NCBI GenBank assembly: GCA_040767805.1
Contig: JAXGNU010000013.1
Location: 1 to 41,008, forward strand
Reading direction: 5' to 3'
From: Thermovirgaceae bacterium
GTDB taxonomy: Bacteria; Synergistota; Synergistia; Synergistales; Thermovirgaceae
Length of the DNA: 41,008 nt
This document shows positions 1-8,917 of this stretch, one piece after another; within the stretch, counting starts at the first letter, position 1; each line of letters begins with the position of its first letter. A program made the position numbers and the translations under genes. The notes beneath the pieces are model-generated. The model did no database searches and had not been told where the DNA came from. It worked only from the letters and a program-made list of their open reading frames with translations.

Positions 1-136
1 GGCCGGGGCGGCCCCCGCGCCCCCCGCCACCTGGTCCCCCCCTCCACCGCCCGCGGGCACCCCCGGGGGGGGCCCAAAGGGGGGGGGTCGCCGAAGACCC
101 CACCCTCCGTGAACGTTCCCTTTTGTGGATCACCGC

Positions 137-679
137 TCACTCTTCGGGGATAAGGAGCCCGAAACCTCCATCCTTCCTCCTGTAGACCACGTTCACTTTG
201 CCGTCGTCGGCGTTTCTGAACACGAAGAAGGTATGCCCCAGCAGGCCCATCTGCATGGTAGCCTCCTCGGGGGTCATGGGTCGGAAGGGGAACTTCTTGG
301 TCTTCACGATCCCTTCCCTTTTCTCCTCCGGTTCGGCGATCTCGTTGACAAAACCCTCGATCTCGAAGGACACCTCGGCCGTCTTCATCCTGGTTTTTTC
401 CTTCAGGAAGGATTTATGCTTCTTGATCTGGCGTTCGATATTCTTCAGGCACTTGTCAAAGGCCTTCCTGACATCGGAGGCATAATCCTCGCCCCTCATG
501 ATCACGCCATTCACGTCGGCAGTTATCTCCACAACTTTCATGCCCCGGTTGAAACTGACCTCCACCTGCGTGTCAAGGATCCGGTCAAAAAACTTTTCCA
601 ACTTGGCCAGTTTTTTCTCCATGTAATCCCGGAGTTCGTCCTGCAGGTCGACGTTTCGCGTGACAAACCTGACATCCAT
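137..679 (-). CDS. hpf: Ribosome hibernation promoting factor (long HPF / RaiA family)
   Basis: MDVRFVTRNVDLQDELRDYMEKKLAKLEKFF N-terminus and C-terminal PMTPEEATMQMGLLGHTFFVF...VNVVYRRKDGGFGLL. Start moved to the ATG at 679, which follows a GGGGG SD-like run. Confidence 0.93.
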   Translation of the reverse strand: MDVRFVTRNVDLQDELRDYMEKKLAKLEKFFDRILDTQVEVSFNRGMKVVEITADVNGVIMRGEDYASDVRKAFDKCLKNIERQIKKHKSFLKEKTRMKTAEVSFEIEGFVNEIAEPEEKREGIVKTKKFPFRPMTPEEATMQMGLLGHTFFVFRNADDGKVNVVYRRKDGGFGLLIPEE

Positions 680-876
680 GCTTTTCCCCCCAATCCGCAA
701 TAACTTCAGGGACGGTATGGATCAAATTTTACCATCGAAGGGTCGTCCATACAATGATTCTACCCATTCATCCCTCTGATAATCTGACTCGTTATAAATT
801 TCGATCCCTTCCTCCATGCCCTATAATGACCCAAAGGCGTTTACACCCATGATCACGAAAGGAACGGCGATGGTAG

Positions 877-2073
877 ATGATGAAGATCTCGGCGAGAGCA
901 TCCAGGATGGAGCCGTCGGCGACCCTGGCGGTCGCGAATAAGGCCAAGGCACTGAGATACGAGGGGAAACCGGTCATTTCCTTCGGCGCAGGCGAACCCG
1001 ACTTCGACTCCCCAGCGGCGGCGGCGAGTTACGCCGAGAGAGCCATCAAAGAGGGGAAGACGCACTACACCCAGTCCAACGGCATCCCCGAGCTCCGTGA
1101 GGCGGTGGCTTCCTACTACTCGGAACGTTTCGGGCTGGATTACCCGGCTGACCAGGTCATCATAGGACCGGGGGCGAAACCCCTGATATACGGATCCCTG
1201 GCCTCCCTGGTGGACCCCGGTGACGAAGTGCTGGTCTTTTCGCCCGCGTGGGTGAGTTACGTTGAACAGATCCGGCTTTTGGACGGGAAATCGAGCGTCG
1301 TCGATACCGTCATGACGGCGAATTTCCCCCTTGCCCCCAAGATAGCGGAAGCGATAACCCCCCGGACGGTGGGTATGATCATCAACACGCCCAACAACCC
1401 GACGGGGGCGGTCTACGATGAGGACACTCTTCGGGAGGTCGCTGAAATAGCCCTGGAGCACGACCTATGGATCATCAACGATGAAATCTACGAAAGGCTC
1501 GTTTACGGTAATTCTACCCATATCAACATCGCGACATTGGTTCCGGAGGTCACCGATCGGACCATCCAGATCAACGGCGTAAGCAAGGCCTTCGCCATGA
1601 CCGGCTGGAGGATAGGCTACGCCCTCGCCCCAAAGTGGTTGGCGCCGAAGATCGGGGCCATACAGGGACACCTCACGTCCAACGCCTGCGCCATAGCCCA
1701 GTGGGCCTCCCTGGGCGCTTTGAAGGAGGCCGAAGAGGACGTCCTCAGGATGAAGGGTGAGTTCGACGGGCGCCGCAAAATTATCATGGGACTCCTTAAG
1801 GATATGCCCCATGTCAATTTCAGCGAACCCCAGGGAGCGTTCTACGTCTTCCTGAACGTTGCCGGGGCCCTTGGGGGATTTTTTGGCGGGAGGAAACTGG
1901 AGGATGATGTCACTTTTTGCGAGGCCCTCCTTGAAACAGAGTACATCGCGGCGGTGCCGGGGACCGCTTTCCTTGCCCCGGGGCATATCCGCCTGAGTTA
2001 TGCCAATTCCGAGTCGGAGATCCGTGAGGGGATGGCCAGGTTGAAAAGATTCCTCGGGTCAATAGAAGTATAA
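877..2073 (+). CDS. PLP-dependent aminotransferase class I/II (aspartate aminotransferase-like)
   Basis: Motifs GAGEPDF, NTPNNPTG, DEIYE, NGVSKAFAMTGWRIG (PLP lysine), PQGAFY, IRLSYA. Confidence 0.93.
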   Translation: MMKISARASRMEPSATLAVANKAKALRYEGKPVISFGAGEPDFDSPAAAASYAERAIKEGKTHYTQSNGIPELREAVASYYSERFGLDYPADQVIIGPGAKPLIYGSLASLVDPGDEVLVFSPAWVSYVEQIRLLDGKSSVVDTVMTANFPLAPKIAEAITPRTVGMIINTPNNPTGAVYDEDTLREVAEIALEHDLWIINDEIYERLVYGNSTHINIATLVPEVTDRTIQINGVSKAFAMTGWRIGYALAPKWLAPKIGAIQGHLTSNACAIAQWASLGALKEAEEDVLRMKGEFDGRRKIIMGLLKDMPHVNFSEPQGAFYVFLNVAGALGGFFGGRKLEDDVTFCEALLETEYIAAVPGTAFLAPGHIRLSYANSESEIREGMARLKRFLGSIEV

Positions 2074-2077
2074 TAAC

Positions 2078-2109
2078 AAGGGGGCGTCCCACTCGAGGGA
2101 CGCCCCCTT
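2078..2109. terminator. Bidirectional intrinsic terminator between convergent aminotransferase and frr
   Basis: Perfect inverted repeat aagggggcgtccc-actcga-gggacgccccctt. Confidence 0.8.
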
Positions 2110-2127
2110 CGCCGAAAATAGATCACG

Positions 2128-2685
2128 TCAGTCTTCCAATACTTCTTTCTCCTTTTCGGCGGCGATGACGTCTATCCTCTTCACGAAATCGTCGGTGGCC
2201 TTCTGGATCTTATCCAGGTGATCGTGCATAGAATCCTCACTTATTTTGCCGTCCTTTTCCATCTTCTTCAGTACTTCGTTCGATTCACGCCTCAGATTTC
2301 TCACGGCGATCCTGGCGTCCTCGGCGCACTTCTTGACGAGCTTGGTGAGCTCAACCCGCCTCTCGCCGGTCAACTCGGGAATGACCAGCCTGATGTTCTC
2401 GCCGTCCACCGATGGGTTTATCCCCAAGGGCGACGCCTGGATCGCCTTCTCCGCGGCTTTCACTGCGTTCTTGTCCCAGAGGGTTATGAGTATCTGCCTC
2501 GCATCGGGTGTTGAAATGGAACCAACCTGGGACATGGGCGTCGGATTTCCGTAATAGTCGACCTTGATATCACTCACGAGGGCCGGGTGGGCTCGCCCGG
2601 TCCTGATGCCAAGGAGTTCCTTTTTCAGGTATTCGACAGCTTTTTCCATCTTTTCCTTCATCTTCCTGATCTCTTGATCAGCCAT
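2128..2685 (-). CDS. frr: Ribosome recycling factor
   Basis: IRTGRAHP, IKVDYYG, IPELTGERR, ARIAVRNLRR; synteny after pyrH. Confidence 0.97.
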   Translation of the reverse strand: MADQEIRKMKEKMEKAVEYLKKELLGIRTGRAHPALVSDIKVDYYGNPTPMSQVGSISTPDARQILITLWDKNAVKAAEKAIQASPLGINPSVDGENIRLVIPELTGERRVELTKLVKKCAEDARIAVRNLRRESNEVLKKMEKDGKISEDSMHDHLDKIQKATDDFVKRIDVIAAEKEKEVLED

Positions 2686-2687
2686 AC

Positions 2688-3413
2688 TCAACACCCCTTT
2701 TCGAAATGGACGACCGTACCGGCTTCTCTGCCAAGGACCAGGATGTCCCGGAGCGTTCCCTCCTTGAGGATGTTTGCTATCAGGATGGGGATCCGGTTCT
2801 CCATACAGAGCGAAAAGGCGGCCGCATCCATGATCTTAAGCTGTTTCTGAAGCGCTTCTGCATAGGTTACCCGGGGAAGCAGCCTCGCGTCGGGGTTGAC
2901 CGCCGGGTCCTTATCATATATACCATCGACCTTTGTGGCCTTCAACAGGCAGTCGGCGGATATCTCGGCCGCCCTGAGCGCCGCGGCGGTGTCGGAGGAA
3001 AAGAAGGGAGAGCCCGTTCCGGCGGCGAAGATGACGATCCTCCCCTTTTCGAGGTGCCGGAGAGCCTTCCTCCGGATAAAGGGTTCGGCCACTTCTCTCA
3101 TCTCGATAGCCGTCTGGACCCGGGTGGGGACCCCAAGGCGCTCAAGCACGCTCTGAAGGGCCAGTGCGTTTATTACCGTGGCTAGCATGCCCATGTAATC
3201 ACCCTGCGCCCTGTCCAGGTACTCTTCGTCCGACCGGGCGCCCCGGAATATATTGCCGCCGCCCACCACCATGGCTATCTCCAGGCCATTCTTCGTCAGG
3301 GAAACGATCTCGCCGCAGATCTTGCTGATGGCCTTCATATCCAGCCCGAAGGTGGAATCACCAGCCAGTACCTCCCCGGAAAGTTTAAGGAGTATCCTGT
3401 GATAGGAAGCCAT
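2688..3413 (-). CDS. pyrH: UMP kinase
   Basis: RILLKLSGE, VVGGGNIFRG, DYMGMLATVIN, GTGSPFFSSDTAAALRA. Confidence 0.97.
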   Translation of the reverse strand: MASYHRILLKLSGEVLAGDSTFGLDMKAISKICGEIVSLTKNGLEIAMVVGGGNIFRGARSDEEYLDRAQGDYMGMLATVINALALQSVLERLGVPTRVQTAIEMREVAEPFIRRKALRHLEKGRIVIFAAGTGSPFFSSDTAAALRAAEISADCLLKATKVDGIYDKDPAVNPDARLLPRVTYAEALQKQLKIMDAAAFSLCMENRIPILIANILKEGTLRDILVLGREAGTVVHFEKGC

Positions 3414-3440
3414 GGAGCGAACACCTCCCTTTGGGTAAAT

Positions 3441-3472
3441 AAGAAAAAAGGGCGGGGTTTCGCGCCCCGCCC
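3441..3472 (-). terminator. Intrinsic terminator/attenuator between tsf and pyrH
   Basis: gggcgggg/ccccgccc stem followed on the minus strand by TTTTTTCTT. Confidence 0.7.
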
Positions 3473-3479
3473 TGGATCC

Positions 3480-4073
3480 TTATTCCCCTATGGAAAAACG
3501 GGCGAATCTCCTCACTACAATATTCTCACCCAGCCTGGCTATCTCCTCGACCACGAGGTCCTTGACCTTCCTTTCGGGATCCCTGATGTACTTCTGCTCC
3601 ATCAGGCAACTCTCTTCGAAAAACTTGGCGATACGTCCCTCGGCGATCTTATCAAGGATATGCTCGGGTTTCCCCTCGTCGAGAGCCTGCTGGCGATAGA
3701 TCTCCTTCTCCCTTTCGAGATCCTCCTGGGGGACATCCTCGGGTGTGAGGTATGACGGGGAGGCCGCGGCGATCTGCATCGCGATCTCCTTGCCTAGTCC
3801 CTGGAAAAAATCGGTCCTGGCGACGAAATCGGTCTCACAGTTGATCTCGACCAGGGTGCCGATCTTTCCGTTGGTGTGTATGTAACTGAAGACGCGCCCC
3901 TCGGAGGCGGGCCTTCCCGCTTTCTTCGCGGCCTTGGCAAGACCCTTCTCGCGGAGGTAATCCACGGCCTTTTCGAGGTCATTGGCGCACTCTTCCAGGG
4001 CCTTGCGACAATCAAGGACACCCGCCCCTGAACGGTATCTCAATTCCTTTACGGCGTTTAGATCGACTGCCAC
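3480..4073 (-). CDS. tsf: Elongation factor Ts (short form)
   Basis: VKELRYRSGAGVLDCRKAL, EINCETDFVA, ENIVVRRFARF. Confidence 0.97.
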   Translation of the reverse strand: MAVDLNAVKELRYRSGAGVLDCRKALEECANDLEKAVDYLREKGLAKAAKKAGRPASEGRVFSYIHTNGKIGTLVEINCETDFVARTDFFQGLGKEIAMQIAAASPSYLTPEDVPQEDLEREKEIYRQQALDEGKPEHILDKIAEGRIAKFFEESCLMEQKYIRDPERKVKDLVVEEIARLGENIVVRRFARFSIGE

Positions 4074-4079
4074 GACGAG

Positions 4080-4931
4080 CTAGGCCTCCTTCCAACCTTT
4101 TCTCTCAAGGAGCTCCTTGTCGACCATCACTTCTTCCACCGCGCTAAAGGTCTCCTGGAGCTGCTCGTTGATCTCTTCTTTCGGGGCCTCATCGGGCTCT
4201 TCAACAGTAGGGATCGAATCTTCGGCGCTCTCCTCCACGAGGCTGTCGACGCCCTGCCGCCCTTCAATGACGGCCGAGGCAAGCAGGCCTACGATTAGCT
4301 TGATGGCCCTGATGGCGTCATCGTTTCCAGGGATCGGGTAATCGATAAGGTCAGGGTCGCAGTTCGTGTCCACTATCGCCGTTATAGGAATGCCGAGCTT
4401 TCGGGCCTCGAGGACCGCGATATCCTCCCTTTTGGGGTCTACGACGACAAGGGCATCGGGGACATCGCGCATTTCCTTGATCCCAAGCAGGTACTTCTCT
4501 AGTTTCGCCCGTTCCTTTTCAAAACCGGCGATCTCCTTCTTGGTCCACTTGGCCGATCCCTCCAGGAATTCGGGGGAACCGAGCTCCACCATGCGGGTGA
4601 CTCTTTTCTTGATCGTTTGGAAGTTGGTAAGAAGGCCGCCGAGCCAACGGTGGTTTATGTAGTACTGCCCGCAACGGAGAGCCTCTTCCTTTACGGTCTC
4701 CTGGGCCTGCTTCTTGGTCCCTACGAAGAGAACGCTCCCCCCGCTTTTTGAAACTTCACGGAGAAAATCATAGGCCTTCTCCAGGCCCTTGACGGTCTTT
4801 TGAAGGTCCACGATGTAGACGCCGTTCCTCTCGGTGAAAATATAAGGCTTCATCTTGGGGTTCCAGCGTCTCGTCTGGTGCCCGAAGTGCACCCCGCACT
4901 CCAGTAGTTGCTTCATGCTGACCACTGCCAA
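4080..4931 (-). CDS. rpsB: 30S ribosomal protein S2 with acidic C-terminal extension
   Basis: [46 protein letters not shown] start at 4931 preceded by GGAGG. Confidence 0.97.
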   Translation of the reverse strand: MAVVSMKQLLECGVHFGHQTRRWNPKMKPYIFTERNGVYIVDLQKTVKGLEKAYDFLREVSKSGGSVLFVGTKKQAQETVKEEALRCGQYYINHRWLGGLLTNFQTIKKRVTRMVELGSPEFLEGSAKWTKKEIAGFEKERAKLEKYLLGIKEMRDVPDALVVVDPKREDIAVLEARKLGIPITAIVDTNCDPDLIDYPIPGNDDAIRAIKLIVGLLASAVIEGRQGVDSLVEESAEDSIPTVEEPDEAPKEEINEQLQETFSAVEEVMVDKELLERKGWKEA

Positions 4932-4939
4932 TTTTTCCG

Positions 4940-5040
4940 CCTCCCTGGTCTTGGTTTTCCCTCCGCGCCGGTCATCCGAAAGACGGGATCCGCATACCTG
5001 CGGACACCTCCGTTTTCGTCCCGAAAGCGTGCGTGATAAG
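4940..5040 (-). promoter_or_regulatory. rpsB (S2) autoregulatory leader RNA
   Basis: 5' UTR between promoter and rpsB reading CACGCACGC...GGTG...hairpin ccgca/tgcgg...GATGA...GCGGAGG, the layout of S2 leaders. Confidence 0.6.
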
Positions 5041-5051
5041 GGCCAACGGGG

Positions 5052-5081
5052 AGTATACCACAGTTCTCGATTGACCGGCAA
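5052..5081 (-). promoter_or_regulatory. Sigma70-type promoter of the rpsB operon
   Basis: TTGCCG-18 nt-TATACT with TG extension. Confidence 0.65.
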
Positions 5082-5156
5082 CAATTTATGGAATACCATA
5101 TACCCGTCACACCTACTTATTGCCCAAAAAAGCGGTGGAGAAAGGGGAAAAAATTA

Positions 5157-5468
5157 ATGTCTCTTATTGAACGGATCGATAACATGCCGCCCCAGCAAAA
5201 AGCCATGCTGAACAGGTTAAAAAGGGTCGAGGGCCAGCTTCGCGGCATACAGAGGATGATCATTAACGATAAACCATGCCAAGAGGTCCTGCTGCAGTTA
5301 TCCGCCGCTAGGAAGGCCATGCAGAACGCTTGCATCGAGATACTCAAGGGCTACGTCAGGAAGTGCCTCGCCGAGTCCGGTACCCCCGACATGGACGAAT
5401 TGGAAAGGCTTATTTCCACGCTGATCGACATAGCCCCCATCATCGGTGAAACGGTTGAGGAGGCTTGA
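5157..5468 (+). CDS. CsoR/RcnR/CstR-family transcriptional repressor
   Basis: LNRLKRVEGQLRGIQRMI...CQEVLLQLSAARKA signature; SD AGGGG before ATG 5157. Confidence 0.9.
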   Translation: MSLIERIDNMPPQQKAMLNRLKRVEGQLRGIQRMIINDKPCQEVLLQLSAARKAMQNACIEILKGYVRKCLAESGTPDMDELERLISTLIDIAPIIGETVEEA

Positions 5469-5480
5469 GGGTTCCTCCGC

Positions 5481-5954
5481 CTAGGGCAGCAACAGGCCAA
5501 GCATTTCTCCGAGGGTGATCCTCTTCCCGCTGGTCGAGTCGGTCAGGAAGCCGGCGGAACGGATCCATGCTTTCCAGCAGGCAAGGGCCTTCTCTTCCCT
5601 GGCCAGGGCATGGCATGACCTGGCGAGGGACCTCCAACCTTCCCTTCCCTCCGTCACCGCGGCCGCCTCGGCGATCATCACCGCTCTCCGGCGGGAGAGG
5701 TTCGCGGGAAGCCTTATTCCCTGGGGTTCCATTTTCGTCACGCGGGGGGCGTCCCTATCCTGGATGATTTGGGCTCTCCCTCCGGAGGCGTCCACGACGA
5801 CCGTCACGGTCTTGTAGGACGGCCTGGAGAAGAACCCCGTCCGGAACACTTCAACGGGGATCATGTAGACGGGCTGTAAAACCACTTCATCGCCCTCTTC
5901 CCACTTCAGGGCCGGCTCGATGCACCCGCTGAATACTTCGGTTTCTTCCATCAC
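5481..5954 (-). CDS. Hypothetical protein
   Basis: 157-aa ORF with GGAGGT SD, filling the gap between SRP RNA and the convergent regulator; no motif recognised. Confidence 0.7.
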   Translation of the reverse strand: MMEETEVFSGCIEPALKWEEGDEVVLQPVYMIPVEVFRTGFFSRPSYKTVTVVVDASGGRAQIIQDRDAPRVTKMEPQGIRLPANLSRRRAVMIAEAAAVTEGREGWRSLARSCHALAREEKALACWKAWIRSAGFLTDSTSGKRITLGEMLGLLLP

Positions 5955-5970
5955 CGACCTCCGGGTTCAA

Positions 5971-6098
5971 GAATCCCCTGCAGGGGATCCAGTTTTCCTG
6001 CGGCACCCGGCTGACCGTATACCGTTGCTCCCTTCCGGGCCTGGCGGGGTTTTACGATCTTCCGTCGCACAGGGCTGGAACCCCTGCAGGGGATCCTC
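5971..6098 (-). ncRNA. ffs: Signal recognition particle RNA (4.5S)
   Basis: Minus strand contains the domain IV core CCAGGCCCGGAAGGGAGCAAC inside a long hairpin closed by ggatcccctgcagggg/cccctgcaggggattc; extended -10 TGaTATACT at 6110-6118; tadA/tRNA-Ser neighbourhood. Ends approximate. Confidence 0.88.
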
Positions 6099-6200
6099 CA
6101 CTTCGATCCAGTATATCACCGCCGATATTGAACGGTCCTCCCTCGCGGGCCTTAGGTTTCATCGAGGCCCCAGGATCCGGGACATTCAAGGGGAAAGGCT

Positions 6201-6228
6201 TAAAAAAGGGCCCCGGTGCTGGGGCCCT
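6201..6228 (-). terminator. Intrinsic terminator after the tRNA-Ser pair
   Basis: agggcccc/ggggccct stem followed by a T run on the minus strand. Confidence 0.7.
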
Positions 6229-6236
6229 GAAGCTCC

Positions 6237-6324
6237 TGGCGGAGAAGGAGGGATTCGAACCCACGGGACGTTGCCGCCCAGACGCTCTCCAAGCGCCCGC
6301 CTTCGACCACTCGGCCACTTCTCC
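6237..6324 (-). tRNA. tRNA-Ser (anticodon GGA)
   Basis: GGAGAAGTGGCCGAGTGGTCGAAGGC-GGCGC TT GGA GA GCGTC-long variable arm-GGTTCGAATCC...GCCA. Confidence 0.95.
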
Positions 6325-6340
6325 ATCGCGATTTATTATA

Positions 6341-6433
6341 TGGCGGAGAGAGTGGGATTTGAACCCACGAGACGGCTCATCACCGCCTAGACGATTTCGA
6401 GTCGCCCGCCTTCGACCACTCGGCCATCCCTCC
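6341..6433 (-). tRNA. tRNA-Ser (anticodon CGA)
   Basis: GGAGGGATGGCCGAGTGGTCGAAGGC-GGCGA CT CGA AA TCGTC-long variable arm-GGTTCAAATCC...GCCA. Confidence 0.95.
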
Positions 6434-6448
6434 ACCCTTTCCTTCCCC

Positions 6449-6922
6449 TCAGCGGAGGGGCAGGAAGAACTCCCGGAGCATTTTAGCACATTCTTCAGAG
6501 AGGATGCCACCCGTCACATCGCACCGGTGGTTGAGCCTGGGGTCCCTGGGAATATCGTACAAAGTGCCGCAGGCACCCCATCGGAGATCCTCCGCGCCGA
6601 AAACAATACGCCCGACCCTCGATAGGACCGCGGCCGCCGCGCACATCGGGCAGGGTTCCAGGGTCGAATAGAGCGTCGTGTCTTCGAGGCGCCAGCTCCC
6701 AAGGTGCTCGGCGGCCTCCCGAAGGGCAGTTATCTCGGCATGGGCCGTAGGGTCCTGGAGGTTATCCCTTCGGTTATGGCCCCTGCCTATCACCGAACCG
6801 TCAAGGACCAAGATGGCACCTACCGGCACCTCCCCTTGGTAGTATCCCTTCCGCGCTTCCTCGATGGCGATCCTCATGAAGGCTTCATGTTCCTTCATGA
6901 ATGCCGGACCCGGGCCTTTCAT
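6449..6922 (-). CDS. tadA: tRNA adenosine(34) deaminase
   Basis: GEVPVGA, DPTAHAE, TLEPCPMC zinc motifs. ATG 6922 overlaps the upstream TGA (alternative start 6898). Confidence 0.93.
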   Translation of the reverse strand: MKGPGPAFMKEHEAFMRIAIEEARKGYYQGEVPVGAILVLDGSVIGRGHNRRDNLQDPTAHAEITALREAAEHLGSWRLEDTTLYSTLEPCPMCAAAAVLSRVGRIVFGAEDLRWGACGTLYDIPRDPRLNHRCDVTGGILSEECAKMLREFFLPLR

Positions 6923-8917
6923 CGGCCGATCCCGCCCCGACCCAGGAATACAAGTACCCACAACAGGGCCAAGGACAAGCCCAAGGCGGACGCCCCAAGG
7001 AGAATACGGCCCCCGGACCCATCCGGAAGATCCTGTGAGAACGGGCCGGCGCCCTTCACATGGGTCGCCATGTAAAGGTGCGTGGCTTTGCCCTTACCCG
7101 ACACTATGCAGACATCACCCTTCAGCTTCCCCGACCGGAAGATCGCACCAGGGAAGAGTTCGCCAAACCATCCGTCGGCCAGGGTGTTACCGCTAGGACA
7201 AGGAGAGGCGCCCTTCCCTCGAAGGAGTTGGAAAAAGGCATCGCTGTCAGCGTCGAAGGCGGTCTTGTCCTTCTCCCCACCGGTTATCACGACCTCGCCG
7301 CCCTGTCGTGCCGCGGCCACGGGCACCCCGAGGAACAACCCCGAGGCTACCTGCAATGACGGCGTCGCCGGCTAGGTTGTCCCAACGCAGTTCTGCCAGC
7401 GGCTTTACCCTGATCTTTATTTCGACACCTGAAGTCCACCGCCACTCCGAAAGAAGAACGGCCAAGGCTGATAGCAACCCCTTTTCCGGGTGGAAGCCGG
7501 TGAATAGAGTGACTCTCCTTGTCGCCCATCAAGAAAGGCAGGTACTCCAAAAGGGCCGGCGGCCGTTTATCCGCCAAGGGAATCCCGACATGGGATGAGC
7601 CTTCCACCACAACCCAGAAGGCTCCCCGGGCGCTTCTTCCCCCTGAAGCCGGCACGAGGGAGTGCCCTCATCCCCATCTCCAGTGTGCTTCCCCCGAGGA
7701 GCACCTTGGGTATCCTCGTCGTCATTTGATCCTTCCCAATCGCTGACTTGCCCAGGTCGACCGAAGCGGCCGGTACCCCGTCGAGAAAGAGGGTCAGGTG
7801 GATCGGTCACCGTCGATGAGGGGAGAGGAGCGGAAGGACAGCGAAACCTCCGACCGGCCCCCGACCAGCCCCCGGGAGGAATAACGTGTTCGACCCGGCG
7901 GGATGACTTTCCCGCGCCGCTGAAAACCAGGTCCCCGCCGGTCAGGTCCTTGAAAGTGACCCGGTCTCCGGGACTCCGACGCTGGGGGAGGGGGCCCCCA
8001 TTGGGGATAAGAACACCCCTCCTGGCATTCAAACGTCCACGAAGCCCATGGTCCAGCAGGGAGATGGCACCGTCAAGGACCCCCTCGGCTGTCTCTGAGG
8101 CGACCAGGAGCCTGAGCTTCCCGTAGGTGTTCACGAAGCATGACAGGAAACTGCTCCTCTGCGAGGTGGGTCTCTATCGGAAAGCCTCGAGGACCGAACG
8201 GGGTGAGCGGCTCCGCCCGGAGGAAGATCATGTGGGAGGAGTCTGGCTATTCCCGGGGTGACGGAGCCCGCTGACAGCACACTGCCGGATGCCGTGCCGC
8301 GAGGAAAACCCCTATACCATTGCAATAGGAGTTCCATCGCTGCCTGGACTCCTCCTCTTTCCGACCGGCTTGTCCGGTATGACCACGACCAGGCCCCCGG
8401 TCCGGGAAAGGGCTCCCCCTCGAGGAAGGCCGCCAAGTCCCCCAGGTTGGAAGTCAGAGTGCGTCCAGGTAGTCCAGGCGCAAGATACTGCCGTCGAGGA
8501 TATCGAGGGAATCTTCACCACCCTTGACCCCGCTTTTCTGCTCGATCATAGCGGCCAGGGTCATCGTGTTTTTCCCGGGGCGCAAAGGGACGCGGGCAGG
8601 TCGATATCGGTCACCTGCTCGTCGGCGGCCGCGCCGTCAAGAACGATCTCATCGAGAGGAAAGCCGTTCAGGATAAAACCACCCTGGCCCGGCCTTGCCC
8701 CAGGGGTCCGCGGAAACGGAGTGCCGGCTTGAAAGAGCTGCCACGGACGATCCTTTTCGTGGCCGGCACATCAGCGGAAAGGCTTTTACCGCGAGGCCAT
8801 TGTCAAGCAGGAATTCCCTCCGGCAAAAGGCGTAGTTCTCTATAACCCTTCCTGAGTCCCCCGATCGGTTGAAAGGTATCAGCCCATTGAGAGCCCGGAC
8901 CTGTGGCCCCTCGTCAC
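6919..8917 (-). pseudogene. Frameshifted BcsB-like (cellulose synthase subunit B family) exported protein with C-terminal TM anchor; true pseudogene or sequencing error
   Basis: Cross-frame reading gives two repeats of the BcsB CBD plus flavodoxin-like pattern (FILNGFPLDEIVL...IDLPASL.PGKNTMTL; ILDGSILRLDY...DLAAF..EPF; VTFKDL..DLVFSG...VIPPG.W; SLSFRSSPLIDGDRSTLTLFLDGVP; FWVVVEGSSHVGIP...LEYLPF) and a final hydrophobic helix ILLGASALGLSLALLWVLVFLG. Confidence 0.7.

Noticed and set aside
1..110. G/C-run low-complexity stretch resembling a G-quadruplex or repeat
   Set aside because: It lies at the window edge and looks like low-quality read-end sequence; the ggggtc/gacccc hairpin near 84-101 is most simply the hpf terminator with a corrupted arm.
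5920..6625. ORFs 5920..6390, 6052..6510 and 6128..6625
   Set aside because: Shadows over the SRP RNA, two tRNA-Ser genes and tadA.
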